From: Mobula hypostoma
Lineage: Eukaryota
DNA: 64,000 nucleotides
Assembly: GCF_963921235.1 (NCBI RefSeq)
Contig: NC_086101.1
Span: 3,846,001 to 3,910,000 of the forward strand
Direction of reading: 5' to 3'
Part shown: piece after piece, positions 23,581 to 38,500 of the stretch
Position numbering within the stretch: the stretch's first letter is position 1
How the letters are laid out: each line of letters opens with the position of its first letter
Translations under genes and position numbers: made by a program
Notes under the pieces: generated by a model
What the model was told of the DNA's origin: nothing
Database searches by the model: none
What the model saw: the letters and a program-made list of their open reading frames with translations, nothing else

Positions 23581-26500
23581 GTAAAAACAAATCGATTTTG
23601 ATCACCTGATGTATTTTTCATGACATATTTATTTTCTCACCCCTGGTGTTTATGGGAATAAACTGGCCCGAATCGGCAATGCACCTTTATTGTCTAATTC
23701 CTTCACTCTCTGCCTTCCAGGACCGGGTAAAATCTGCCTTAGACTCTCTCACAGAAAAGAAATCCGAGCTCAAGGAAATGGAGCGGCAACAGAAAGAGAA
23801 GATTTCCGGAGTTCGGGTGAGGATTTCTTGAGCAGAATTTCCAATTTTGTTGTGTAGTTTTGACCTTTTTAATGCCGAACAGAGTACAGCAGCTCCAGTA
23901 ACCTGGGTTCGATTCTGACCTCTGGTGCTGTTTGCGTGGAGTTTGCATGTTCTCCTTGAGATCACAGTGGGCCGGCATTATCAAGAAATCTAGGTTGAAT
24001 GTATCATTCGCTTCTGTAATTAAACCTGTGAAGGCGGGTGGACTGTGAATCAGGTGAGAGGTAATGGGTCAGTGAGGAAGAATCGGTTTCAGGGATTGAA
24101 TTTCTGAGAATCAGCATAGAGTCAACAGGCTGAATGGCCTCCTTCCAGGTGATAGGGAAATACTTTACAGCCAAATAATAAGCTAGCTTCTCCTTTCATT
24201 AACAGAAACAGTCAAACAGCGTTCAGTCCCACATCACTTCCCAGTTTGCTGAACTGCACCAGATTATCACCGAGAAAGAGCAGCGCTTACTCCGAGATCT
24301 CAGGAAAGAAGAGGCGAGGATTCTAAATCCAATGGAGATAAATCTTCGAGAGATTCAAGAGAATTTAAATTCTATCCAGGAGGAAATCTCCAAGTTACAG
24401 GAACAGATGGCCCAACAAGAACATATCACATTTCTCATGGTGAGAGATTTCAGTTTGGTTCTGTAAAAGTGCAGAGTCTCAAAATGATGTATTTTAACTC
24501 AATGTGGTATTTACAGATACTATCATTGTAAACAGATTTAAACCGGACAGGTGTTTTGACTGTTCAGGACTGTTGTGTTCCCCAAACCGGCCTCCCACAA
24601 CATCTGTACGTCACAGGACAGTCTGCAACCTTCTCGGGAATGAGTTACTCTGATCAGAGCACTGAGCTGGTGATCGTTTCTGTCATTTCCACGTATAATA
24701 TTCCCTGAGATCAGAGTAACATCCAGTTACAGTCATAGGCTGTGAGTGTGTCTGGTGTGGTGGTTCCGTGGTCTCTCTGTCTCCCAGTGGGAATTGAGAT
24801 TGAATTGCACATACTTTATACTCTATGGTCGCTAAACAATTGCTACTAGAATGTACAATCATCATAGCAATATTTGATTCTGGGCTTCCTGCTCCCTGGA
24901 TTACAAATCAATAGGTAATATTAAAAATTTAATTTATAAATTATAGATCGAAAATAGAAAAATGGAAAGTAAGGTAGTGCAAAAAAAAAAAACAAGATGC
25001 AGGTCCGGATATTTGGAGGGGACGGCCCAGATCCAGGTCAGGATCCGTTCAGCAGTCTTATCACAGTTAGAAAGAAGCTGTTCCCAAATCTGGCCATACA
25101 AGTCTTCAAGCTCCTGAGCCTTCTCCCGGAGGGAAGAGGGACAAAAAGTCTGTTGGCTGGGTGGGTCGTGTCCTTGATTATCCTAGCAGCACTGCTCTGA
25201 CAGCGTGCGGTGTAAAGTGAGTCCAAGGACGGAAGATTGGTTTGTGTGATGTGCTTCGCTGTGTTCATGATCTTCTGCAGCTCCTTCCGGTCTTGGACAG
25301 GACAACTTCCATACCAGGTTGTGATGCACCCTAGAAGAATGCTTTCTCCGATGCATCTATAAAAATTTGTGTGCGTTTTAGGGAATAGGCCAAATTTCTT
25401 CAGTTTTCTCATGAGGTAAAGGCGCTGGAGGGCCTTCTTGACAGTGGTCTATGCTTGGTTGGACCAAGTCAGGTCATTTGTGATATTGACCCCGAGGATT
25501 AAATATCGACAGCGCCTATGAAAAGTATTCACCACCACCCCCTCCCCCAGCTTGAAAGTTTTCATGTTTTTCATGTTTTATTGTCTCAAAGTAAAAGCAG
25601 ATCTCTGCATTAGTCTAATTTAATTAGAAATATAAAACAGAAAGTAACTGATTGCATAAGAATTCACCCCCCCGCCACCCGCCCAATGAAGTCAGTATTT
25701 AGTAGATGCATCTTTGTCGGTAATTACAGCCTTGATTCTGTGTGGATAGCTCCCTTTCAGCTTTAAACATCTGGACACTATAACTTTTCCCCATTCTTCT
25801 TCACAAAGATGCACAAGATCAGTTAGAATGTATGGGGATCGTGAGTGAACAGCACTTTTCAAGTCCAGCCACAAATTCTCAAAGGGATTGCGGTCTGGAC
25901 TCTGACTTGGCCATTCCAGGACATTAACCTTGTTGTTTTTAAGCCATTCCTGTGTAGATTTGGCTTTATGCTTGGGGTCATTGTCTGGAAAATAAATCTT
26001 TTCCCAAGTCGCATTTCTCTTGCAGATTGCATCAGGTTTTCCTCCAGGATTTCCCTGTATTTTGCTACATTCACTTTTCCTCTGCCGTACAAGCCTTCCA
26101 GGGCCTGTTGCGGTGAAGCATCCCCACAGCATTATGGAGCCGCCACCATGCTTCACGGTAGGGTGTGTTTTTGATTATGTGCGGTGCTTCCCTTGCGCCT
26201 AAAATAGCGTTTAGTCTGATGGTCAAAAAGCTCCATTTTGGTTTCATCAGACCATAGAACCTTCTTCCAGCTGACTTCAGAGTCTCCCACATGCCTTCTG
26301 GAAACTCTTGCCAAGATTTCATGTTCACTTTTTTTAACAATGGCTATCTTTTTGCCACTGTCCCATAAAACTGTGATTGGTGAGCAGTTGTTGTTTTCGT
26401 AGTCTCTCCTCTCTCAGCCATTGAGGCTTGTAACTCCTCCAGAGTTGTCATAGGTTTCTTGGTGGCCTCTCTGACTAGTCCCCTTCTTGCAGAGTAATTC

Positions 26501-29500
26501 AGTTGACGTCCTGTTCCAGGCATATTTACAGCTGTGCCATATTGTTTCCATTTCTTCATGATCGACATAATTCAGTGACTTAGAAATTTTCTTGTGTCCA
26601 TCTCCTGACTTGTGCTTTTCAATAACCTTTTGGCGGAGTTGCTTGGAGTGTTCTTTAGACTTCTTGGTGTAGTTTTTGCCAGGATACTGACTCTCCAGCA
26701 GTTGGACCTTCCAGATACAGGTGTATTTTTACTACAATCAATTGAAACATTTTGACTGCACACAGGTCTCCGGAAACAGATCTCCATTTAACTAATCAGG
26801 TGACTTCTAAAACCAATTGGCTGCCCTAGTGATAATTTGGTGTGTCATATTTAAGGAGGTGAATTCTAATGCAATCAATTATTTTGTGTTTTATATTTGC
26901 AATTAATTTAGATCACTTTGTAGAGATCTGATTTCACTTTGACAAGAAAGAATCTTATTCTTTTGATCAGTGTCAAACAAGCCAAATTAATTCCACTGTG
27001 ATTCAATTTCTAAAACAATGAAAAATGAAAACTTCCAAGGAGGGTGAACACTTTTTACAGGCACTGTATATCAGCTTGTAACAGGTGCATTGTTTTAGAG
27101 ACCTTTCTTTTCCAGATATATTCTTCATCAGATTATATCCCATTTTACATCATAGACAGGTCTTTCAACCCTTCTCCTCATATCAATTTCCCACTTCAGA
27201 AGCAACCTTCCACCTATCACCACACCCAGCAACAGTGCCCAGAACTCCATAAGAACATAAGAATTAGGAGCAGGAGTCGGCCATCTGGACCATCGAGCCT
27301 GCTCCTCCATTCAATAGGATCATGGCTAATCTGACCATGGACTTATCTCCACCTACCTGCCTTTTCCCCATAACCCTTAATTCCACAACTATGCAAAAAA
27401 TTATCCAACCTTGTCTTAATTATATTTACTGAGGTGGCCTCCACTGTTTCATTGGGCAGAGAATTCCACAATCTCACCTCCCTCTGGGAAAAACAGTTCC
27501 TCCTCATCTCTGTCCTAAATTTACTCCCCTGAATCTTGAGGTAGTGCCCCCTAGTTCTAGTCTCACTTACCAGTGGAAAGAACTTTCCTGCCTCTATCTC
27601 TTTCATGATTTTATGTTTCTATAAGATCTCCTCTCATCCTTCTGAATTACAACGATACAGTCCCAGGTGACTCAATCTCTCCTCATATCTAACCCCCTCA
27701 TCTCTGGAATCAACCTGCTGAACCTCCTCATCACCACCTCCAAAGCCAGTATATCCTTCCTCAAGTGAGGAGATCAGAAATGCAGACAGTACTCCAGATG
27801 TGGCCTCACCATTATCCTGTACAGTTGCAGCATAACCTCTCTGCTCTGAAATTCAATTTCTCTGGCAATGAAGGCCAACATCCCATTTGCCTTCTTGACA
27901 GCCTGCTGCTCCTGCAAACCAATCTTCTTGCGACTCATGCACAAACACTCCCAAGTCCCTCTGCACAGCAGCATGCTAAAAACCTTCACCATTTTAATAA
28001 TAAGCTGATCTTCCACTTTTCCTTCCAAAGGAGATGACCTCACACTTACCAACATTGTACTCCAGCTGCCAGGCCCTTGCCCATTCACTTAACCTATCTA
28101 TATCTCTCTGCAGACTCTTCGTAACCTCTGCTCAATTTACTGTCATCAGCAAAATTAAATACACTGATTCTGTCTTCCAGTTTGTGGGTGTATATGGTGA
28201 ACAGTTGCAGACCCAGTACTGACCCCTGCAGCACATCACTCACCACTGATCGCCAACCATGGGAACACCCATGTATCCCAACTCTCTGCTTTCTGTTGGT
28301 TAACTAATCCTCTAGCCATGTTAATACATCACCCCAACTCTATGCATCCTTATCTTATGGATAAGTCTTTTATGTGGCACCTTATCAAATGCCTTTTGGA
28401 AGTCTCAGTAAATAACTTCTATCTGTATTCTATCCACTGCGCTCATTATATCCTCAACGAACTCCAGTAAGTTTGTCACACAGGAGCTGTCTTTGCTGAA
28501 TCCATGCTGCTCTGTCCGGTAGATCCATTTCTTTCCAGATGCCCCACAATTTTTTTTTAATGAGAGCTTCAAGCATTTTCCCAGCTACAGACATGAAACT
28601 AACTGGCGTATAGTTGCCTGCCTTTTGCCTACATCCTTTGTTGAACAGTGGCGTGACTTTCACCGTCTTCCAATCCTCCGAGACCTGCCCAGAATCTTGA
28701 GAGATTTAGTAAATTATCACCGAAGCCTTTGCCATTTCTTTCAGTATCCTGGGATGTATTCCAGGACCTACCGATCTTTAGGCTCACATGTTTGCTCAGC
28801 GCTACCCCTTTAGTGATCGCTATTGTGTTGAGGTCCTCACCTCTTATCGCAGTCATATACTTTCTCTTTGGCATGTTAGATGTGTCCTCCACCCCAAAGA
28901 CCGAAACAAAATAGCCATTCAAAACCTCGGCCATTTCCTCATTACGGAATATCAATTCCCCTTTCTCGTCCTACAAGGGACCTACGTTCCCCTTGGCCAC
29001 CCTTTTCCGCTTTATAAAATGATAAAATCTTTTACTATCCATTTTTATATTTTGTGCCTGTTTATTTTCATAATCTATCTTACCTTTCTTTATCGTTCAC
29101 TTGTTGGTTCTTTGTTACTTTTTAAAGTTTTCAGAATTTTCCAGTTTCCCACTACTCTTGGCGACTTTGTAGGCACGAGCTTTCAGTTTGATGCCTTCCT
29201 TTAGTTCCTTAGTTATTGATGGCTCTCCCCACCCTTACTGTCCTTGTTTTTAACTGGAATATACTTCTGTTGAGCACCATTAAAAATCTCTTTGAAAGTC
29301 TTCCACTGTTCCTGAACCGTCCCACCATATAGCCTGTGTTCCCAGTCTACCACATCCAGCTCTTCCCTCATCCCTTTGTAGTCTCCCTTGTTTAGGCATA
29401 ATACACTGGTTTTAGATCAAATCATTGTACTCTCCATTTGTATGAGAAACCCAGTCATACCATGATCACTCTTTCCAAGAGAATCCTTAACTACAAGATC

Positions 29501-32500
29501 CCTAATATTTCCTGTCTCATTGCACAAGACCCGATCGAAGTTACCACATTCCCTTCCAGGTTCAGTGGCATGCTATTCAAGAAAGTTATCACATATGATT
29601 CTATGAAGCCCTCCTCAAGAATGCCTCCACCAACTTGATTCACCCAGTTAAAGTACCCACGATAACTGCTCATGCCTCAGATATTTCTCTGTTTATTGCC
29701 TGTGCCACTGTAATGTTATTATTCAGTGGCTAATAGACAACTCCCACCAGTGATTTTTCTCCCTTTACTATTCCTAATCGCTACGTTCTGCTCCTTAGAT
29801 CTAATATCGTCTTTCACTATCACCCGGATCTCATCCTTAATTAAGAGTGTTACTGCACCTCCTTTAGCTTCCTGCCCATCCTTCCGTATCACCTGATATC
29901 CTTGGATATTTAATTCCCAAACCTCTCCACCATGCAACCATGTTTCTGTAATGGCCACTAAATCAAACCCCTTTATACTGACTGGTACCACAACTTGACT
30001 GACCTTGTTATGAATACTACGGGCATTCAGGTAAAGTGCCCTTACAATCTAGTGATCTTTGTGTCTTTTGCACTTGTCTTTTCCGCACTCCACCCTTACT
30101 TTCTCTTTTGTCACTTCTGTTTTTCCTATATCTCTATCCATGCTTTTCTCTTTTACTTTATCCAGACGTCTCCAATCTGTTGAACCCACTCCCCATCTAT
30201 TTAGTTTAGAGTCCTATCCACAGCCCTCATTATGCCATTCACCAGGATTCGGGTCCCATCACGGTTCAGATGGAGCCCGTCCCATTAGAACAGCTCCCTC
30301 TTCCCCAATACGGGTGCCAGTTTCCTATGAATTCAAACACACTTCTCCCACACCAGTCGTGGTGTCACACATTGAACTCTCTCAACCTTCTTAACCCTGA
30401 GCCAATTTGCACGTGGCTCAGGTAGTAATCCAGAGAAGACCGCCTTTTTGTTTCTGCTTTTTAATTCAGTCCCTTGCTGCTCAAATTCCCTCAGTAGAAC
30501 CTCCTTCCTCATTCTTCCAATGTTGTTGGTATCCAGACGGACCATGACAACTGGATCTTTCCCCTCCCAATGCAAACTCCTCTGCAGGTCAGATAAGATG
30601 TCTGGAACCCGGCCACCAGGGAGACAACACAACCTTCGGGACACTCTATCCCTGCGACAGAGAACTCTGTCTATTCCCCTGACTATACCATCCCCAATTA
30701 CCAATACATTTCTCTTCTCTCCCACCATCCCCTCGAATGGCTCCCTGAATCACGGTGTCACAGTTAGGTTGCTCATCCTTCCTACAGCCTCCACTCTCAT
30801 CCACACAGGGAGCAAGAATCTCAGACCTGAGACTCAAGAGCTGAGGCTCCTCCAGTACTCTCTTGGACCCCACTACCCACCTCACCCACAGTCAGACCCT
30901 CTTGTCCCGGACCACAGACTGAAATTGAGGCAGCTAATCTAATGGGTGTGCCCACCTCCCGAAACAGAGAATCCAGGTAACTCTCCCCCTCCCTGATGTG
31001 CCTCAGTGTTTGAAGCTCAGATTCCAGGTCAGCAGCTTTGAGCCTGAGTTCCTGGAGCACCAACGCTTGCTGCAGATGTGGTCACCAGGAACCACAATGG
31101 GGCCCACCAGCTCCCACATCATGCAGCTGCAGCACACCATCTGATCCTGCATCATCCCTACTTGATTTAATTAGTTGTAGTCTGGTGACTTTTTATTCAA
31201 CCACTACAAAAGCTTTACCCAATACTCAACTGTGCTTCCTCACAGAAGCTTCTTGAGCCAAAATCGGTAAGCTATACCGCGAAGGAACTGTAAGTCCCAC
31301 CTTGTTGGTCCGACAACACTTCGTCACTATTCTAATTATTGGTTTGCTTTCTCTCTTTGTAAAACACGCGAAGTGCCTCTATTACCGCGGGCGCTAGCAA
31401 ACGGCTTATGCAAAGACGAAAAAAAATGGCCTCTCAAAACAAGGGATAGGCTAGAAAAAAAATTCCTTTGTGGCCACTGTAAGGTGACCAAACACAAGTT
31501 ATAGAAGCAGTCATGTCCATAATTTAAAATGTAACAAAAGAATGCTGCACGCCAAACCAACCAAAGCTCTTTCTCTCACACACACTAATTCACTGTCACT
31601 CTTCTGAACAGCATGCAGAGTTGGACTGGAGTCTGTATATGTTTATCCAGCTTCCCCATTACATTCTATCTCTGCTGTTCCACTTCAACCACTCCTGTGG
31701 CAGTGAGTTCCACATTCCCTTCACTACATTTCAAGCAGAGATACGTTCTGTACCCACACCCAATCCAATCCACCACTAATCTTAAATTTCGGCATCTGAT
31801 CCTCCCTGACATGATATCCCAATAAAAATGGACAGCCTGTCCAGTCTTTCCCATCAGTTCCATCCTCACAGTTATGGGATAATTATCAGAAACATTCCTT
31901 GTACTTTCTCGTGGGTTCTGTGTCCCTTGTTGCAGTATCCCCTTTCTCCTTGTGTGAGCTGAGAAGTGGGAAATTTCAATAACTTGGCTCAAATTCCTGC
32001 TGTCAGGATGCACACAGTCAGTGAATTGAGATCTACTTTTTATTTATTTCAGGAGGAAGCTCGTCGGAAGAGGAGGTAGGACATAGTTTTTACTGAAATA
32101 CTGTATGGATTTGTAAAATAGTTCAAATATCACTGATGCTCAGTTTATAACCAGCTGTGTAATATTTACAGGATTAGTGATGATGAACATCTGCTGTCAG
32201 TGACACAGGGTGCCCTACCTGTCCAAAAATTCGATCAGCCCTTTTTGTTGAACACAACGTTGAGAGAAATGTCTGATACAATTAAGCGAGGTAAACATTT
32301 ACAGTTTCCTTTCTCAATGTTTGTGAACAATTTTAAGCAATACTTACTCGCAAAGACTGTCTGTAACTCTGGGTGAAGACATCACTGTCACATGGTCAGC
32401 TGGAGATGTCCGACCCCTGAACACACCAACAATGGGGCACACTACACCCAATACACGGGACTGTTAGATTATGCACTGTATCCTGAACCAATTCACACTG

Positions 32501-35500
32501 TACAAACATGCCAAGACGTCACCAGGTAATCAAAGCTGGTATCTGTCCTGTGAGTGGGATTGTCATGAAAATACGTACGAGTCCTTCAGAGAAGGAAATC
32601 TGCTTCACTCAGCCTGTCTGACCTGTCCGTGACTGCAGACTCTGACTGACTCAGGTCTGCCCCCTGCTGGACTCGCGAGTCTCACTATTATCAACCCCCA
32701 CATTGAAGCATTGTCAGACTGAGCCCGGACACACCTCCCAGCATTGACCTCGGTCAAGATTTCATCTCGGGAGAAGCTCACACATCATTCCCAGCCTGGC
32801 AAAGTTCCCTCACATACATACACAGAACAACTGGCAGATCATTCCCCGTCCCGACATCCATCTGCCTTCTCCCTCACCTGGACTCACCTCTCACCCGACA
32901 ACTCTTGCTCATCCCCCTCTCCTATTTCTTATTCTGCATCTTATTCTTATTCTCCATTATGTTGCCTTCCTTTCCAGTCCGGGTGAATGGTCTCAGCCTG
33001 AAGTGTCAACTCTTTCATTTCCCTCCGTAAACCGTGCGTGACTCAAGTTCCTCTGGCATTTTGTGTGTGTGACCGGCAAGATTCCGGTTGTGAATGAACC
33101 CAGTGACTGAGATTCCAGAGCCACCAGGATAGAGAGCTCCAAAGATTCACAACCCTCTGCGAGAAGAAAGTTCTCCTCTTCTCAATGCGAATTGACATTT
33201 CCCTTATTCAGAGTCTGTGAGCTCTGGTTCCAGACTCATCGGCCAAGGGAAACATCCTCCCTGCATCCAGCCTGTCGAGCCTTGTTAGAAGTTTATAACT
33301 TTCCATGGAATTCATCAACACAGCCAGGCTCCAGGGAGAGATTCCTCAGGAAGATGATCTGGGAATGGGTTTCGCCGATGTTTATTCACAGGGATTTCAA
33401 CACACATTTGTGGCTAGTAAACGGTGAATATTCTGTGGTTGTTCACTGAGGCTGCAGTTACAGCTTTAGTTCACTTTATTTCTCCTCTCTCCACAAATCT
33501 GACTGCTCTGAGATTTGATCATTTCAGAAGCCGGCACCTCCCTACATTGAATTCCCAGTGTTTCTGCGGTTGTCAGATCCTCGTTCCCTCCCCTCGGGTG
33601 GCTCTTTTTTCGAGTTGAGAAACAGGACATTCAGTGAAAAGCTGCAATACCAAAGGCAGCAACACCCCCACATCCTCTGTTGATATCTCATTTGAGCCAT
33701 TGAGATATAAACAGGGAATCGGGCCCTTCGGCCCATCTTGTCTATACTATAATTATAAATAATGAGAAGTATAAATAACATTATCAATAATCAAAAATGT
33801 TTCAGTGATCCTGTAGTAATCTAAATAAACACCTTCATTGTTCACTATATGACCAATTTTGCCATCATCTACAAACTTACATCCATGCCATCTATATTAT
33901 CTTCCAAATCGTTAGTACCAATGAACAGTGGACCCTGAACCGATCTCCACGGTACACGACTGGTCACAGTGCTCCAGTCTGGACAGCAGCTCTCCACCAT
34001 CACCCTCTGTCTCCTGCTACCAGTCAATTTTACATCCAATTAGATAGCTCACCCTGGATCCCAAGTGATCAAACCTTCTCTTCGATCCTTTCTCATGGAA
34101 GCTTGTCAAAGTCCCTGCTAAAGTTCACGTGGACAATGTCTATCACCCTATTCTCAGCAGTCCTTTCTGTCACTTCACCAAAGAAAAATAGTTAAATTTA
34201 TGAGTCACTATTTCCCAGGCATAAAACAGAGTTGAATATCCTGAGTCAGTCCCTGCCTTTCCAAATGCTGGTAAATCTGTCTCTCAGTCTCCATTCCAGT
34301 AATTGCCCCACCACTGATATTAGACTCAGTGGCCTGGAGTTCCCTGGCTTGACCTTCCAGTCCCTCTTAACTCAAGACAACACCTGAGCCACCCTCCTGC
34401 CTTCCAGCAGCTCACCTGTGGTGAAATGTGAAGCAAATATATCCACCAGGGCCCTGAATTTGTTCCCTAGTCTCAAGGTACTCAGACAGAGCAGATCACG
34501 TTCTGGGGCTCATTAACCTCTGATACTTCCAGCACCTTCACTTTTGCACTGTGGTATGTTCCAAGACGCCACTGTTCATGTTCCTTAATTCCATAGTTTC
34601 CATGCCCTCTGCCTGCGAAATATTGATTTAAAACCTCCCCCATCTCCTTTTATCAATGACTACATTGATCCTTAGGGTGACCTGTTCGAGTCAGGTTGTC
34701 ATACATTTGGCCCAAATGTCCATGCTGACTGTGTTGCCCAGTGAGCTGGTGCCATCTGCTCACGTTTGATCCATAGCCCCATAAAACTCTTCAATCCATG
34801 TACTACCTACTGTAGATTCTTTCAAATGTTGCCTGCAGAAGGCAGCGGGTGGTGGTGGAGGGAGTACATTCAGATTGGAGGATTGTGACTAGTGGTGTCC
34901 CACAAGGATCTGTTCTGGGACCTCTACTTTTTGTGATTTTTATTAACGACCTGGATGTGGGGGTAGAAGTGGGGGTTGGCAAGTTTGCAGATGACACAAT
35001 GGTTGGTGGTGTTGTAGGTAGTGTAGAGGATTGTCAAAGATTGCAGAGAGACATTGATAGGATGCAGAAGTGGGCTGAGAAGTGGCAGATGGAGTTCAAC
35101 CCGGAGAAGTGTGAGGTGGTACACTTTGGAAGGACAAACTCCAAGGCAGAGTACAAAGTAAATGGCAGGATACTTGGTAGTGTGGAGGAGCAGAGGGATC
35201 TCGGGGTACATGTCCACAGATCCCTGAAAGTTGCCTCACAGGTGGATAGGGTAGTTAAGAAAGCTTCTGGGGTGTTAGCTTTCATAAGTCGAGGGATAGA
35301 GTTTAAGAGTCGCGATGTAATGATGCAGCTCTATAAAACTCTGGTTAGGCCACACTTGGAGTATTGTGTCCAGTTCTGGTCGCCTCACTATAGGAAGGAT
35401 GTGGAAGCATTGGAAAGGGTACAGAGGAGATTTACCAGGATACCTGGTTTAGAAAGTATGCATTATGATCAGAGATTAAGGGAGCTAGGGCTTTACTCTT

Positions 35501-38500
35501 TGGAGAGAAGGAGGATGAGAGGAGACATGATAGAGGTGTACAAGATAATAAGAGGAATAGATAGAGTGAATAGCCAGTGCCTCTTCCCCAGGGCACCACT
35601 GCTCAATACAAGAGGACATGGCTTTAAGGTAAGGGGTGGGAAGTTGAAGGGGGTTATTAGAGGAAGGTGTTTTACTCAGAGAGTGGTTGGTGCGTGGAAT
35701 GCACTGCCTGAGTCAGTGGTGGAGGCAGATACACTAGTGAAGTTTAAGAGACTACTAGACAGGTATATGGAGGAATCTAAGGCAGGGGCTTATATGGGAA
35801 GCAGGGTTTGAGGGTCGGCACAACTTTGTGGGCCGAAGGGCCTGTACTGTGCTGTACTATTCTATGTTCTATGTTTGATGTTCTATTTCTAGCAGGGTAT
35901 TCTAAATAGGCACCACCCTTTGTGTGAAGAAAATATTTCTGATGTCCCTTTTAAATCCACCGGCTCTGATCTTAAACCTTTGCAGTCTTGTTCCTCACAC
36001 ACCCTCTCTGGGGAAAATCCCTAATTTGGAAGGGGATGAGGACCGGAGTGATAGGGCTGAGGATGGGGCAGTTGATATACAAGTTGATGCATTGTGTAGT
36101 GGGACGGTGAGGAAGAACAGACAGATGATGGGACTGAAATGCAGTCGGTGGGATGAGTTGCAGTCAACAGGGGGCAAAGTCTAAAAGAGTAACCAATACA
36201 GGACTGAAGGTGCTATATTTGAATGCACGAGGTACACAGAATAAGGTAGATGATCTTGTAGCACAATTAGAGACCGGTAGGTATGACATCATGGGCATCA
36301 CTGAATAGTGGCTGAAAGAAGATCATAGTTGGGAGCACAGAGTAGATCTGGAAAGGTGGTTTCCCCTGGTGGGTGAGTCCAGGACAGGAGGCCACAGTCC
36401 TAGAATTACAGGGTACCCATTTGAAACAGAGAAGAGAAGAAATTTTTTTAGCCAGATAGTTGTGTATTTATGGAATTCGTTGCTACATCCAGCTGTGGAG
36501 GCCCGATCATTGAGGGTGTTTACGGAGGAGATTGATAGGTATCGAATTAGTCAGGCTATCAAGAGATATGGGGAAAAATCGGAAATTGGAACGAGATGGG
36601 AGAATAGTTTAGCTCATGGTGGAGTGGCGGAGCAGACTTGATGGGCCGAATGGTCTACTTCTGCCCCTTTGTCTTGTGATCTTAACATCCAAGGATACAC
36701 AGGGTATCGAAGGGACCAGCAGGCAGGCAGAGTGGGTGCATTGGCTCTGTTGGTAAAAATTGAAATCAAATCCTCAGAAAGAGGTGACATAGGATTGGAA
36801 GGTTTAGATTCTTGTGGGAAGAGCTACGAGCCTGCAAAGGTGAAAACACCCTGTTGGGAGTTAGATGCATTCTTCCGAACAGTAGCGAGGACATGGGATA
36901 TACGTTACAATGGGAGATAGAAAACGCATGTAATAAAGGCACTGTTCTGATAACTATGGGGAATTGCAATATGCAGGTGGGTTGGCAAAATCTGGTTGAG
37001 CTGAAGCCTGAGAAATGGAATTTGTAGGGTGGCTTTTTAGAGCAGCTTGTGCATGAGCATACAAGGAGATCGGGGTTCTGGACTGAGTGTTGTATAATGA
37101 ACTGAATTTGATGAGGGAGCTTAAGGTAAAGGAACCCTGAGTAGATCGTGATCATAACATGGGAGAATTCACCCTGCAGATGAACAGGGAGGAGATACAG
37201 TCAGATCTGTCAGCATGACAGTGGGGTAAAGGGAATTACGGAGGCATGAGACAGTAACTGGCCAAAGCTGATTGGAAGGAGACACGATCAGGGATGATTC
37301 AAAGGTCAAAGTAATTTTATTGTGAAAATACAATTGTGCTAAAAATGGCAAATGCAATGTTGGCATTCATTTCAAAGGGATTCGAATATAAAAACAATGA
37401 GATAATGCTGAGTCTTTATAAGACACACGTCAAGCTGCATTTGGAGTACTGTCCACAGTTTTGACCCAATATCTCAGAAAGGATGTGTTGTCGTTGGAGA
37501 GAGTCCAGAAGAGGTTCACGAGGATCATTCCAGGAATGAAGGGGTTAACATATAAAGAATGTTTGGCAGCTTTGTGTCTGTACTCACTGGAATTTAGAAG
37601 AGTGCGGGGAGATATCATGAAACCTACTGAATATTGAAAGAATCAGATAAAGTGGAGGTCGAGAGGATGTTTCCTATAGTGTGGGTGTCCAGAACTAGAG
37701 GCACAGACTCAACATTGAGGGGAGACCCATTAGAACAGAGTAAGGAGGGATTTATTTAACCAGAAAGTAGTGAATCTGTTCAATGCTCTGCCAAAGACAG
37801 CTGTGAAGACCAAGACCGTAGGTATATTTAAAGTGAAAACTGATAGTTTTCTGATTGGTCCGTTTATGGACAGAAGGCAGATATAGTGGGTTTGAGTGGA
37901 ATCTGGGATAAGCCATGATGGAATATTCGATGGGCTGAATGGCCTAAATCTGCTCTTATATCTTATGGTCCTATTGGTCTATTCATTACTCATTATCTTC
38001 CATACCCATGTCTCTAAGAACACACTGAGGGCCTCTCCCATCTCCTGTATCTCCAGGTGCAGTGGCTCGGTAGCGTAGTGGTTAGCACAACGCTTCACAG
38101 TACAGGTGACAAGAGTTCAATTCCCACCGCTGCCTGCACGGAGTTTGTACTTTCTCCCTGGCACCGTGTGGGTTTCCTCCGTGTGCTCTGGTTTCCTCCC
38201 ACAGTCCAGAGATGTAACGGTCGGTAGGTCATTGTAAATTGTCCCATGATGCGTCTAGGATCAAATCAGGGGATTTCTGGGTGGTGTGGTTCGAAGGGCT
38301 GGAAGGGCCGATTCCCCTCTGTATGTCAATAAATTTATCATTAATGATGGAAACCCTGCATCAGGACAGAGAGTGGAGTGTGTGGGTGATGAGGGGCTGT
38401 GAGGGGAGTGGGTTTGTGGGAAGGGGGACAAAGATCCCTTATAAATCATTCCCCTCTCACCTTAAATCTACACCCTCCAGTTTTGGACACCTTATTCTGG

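Noticed and set aside
34849..35811. 320-aa reverse-transcriptase ORF as a possible domesticated gene or extra TRIM exon
   Set aside because: It is a 5'-truncated young CR1 with a normal 3' tail, nearly identical to another copy in the window; the TRIM model is complete and in frame without it.
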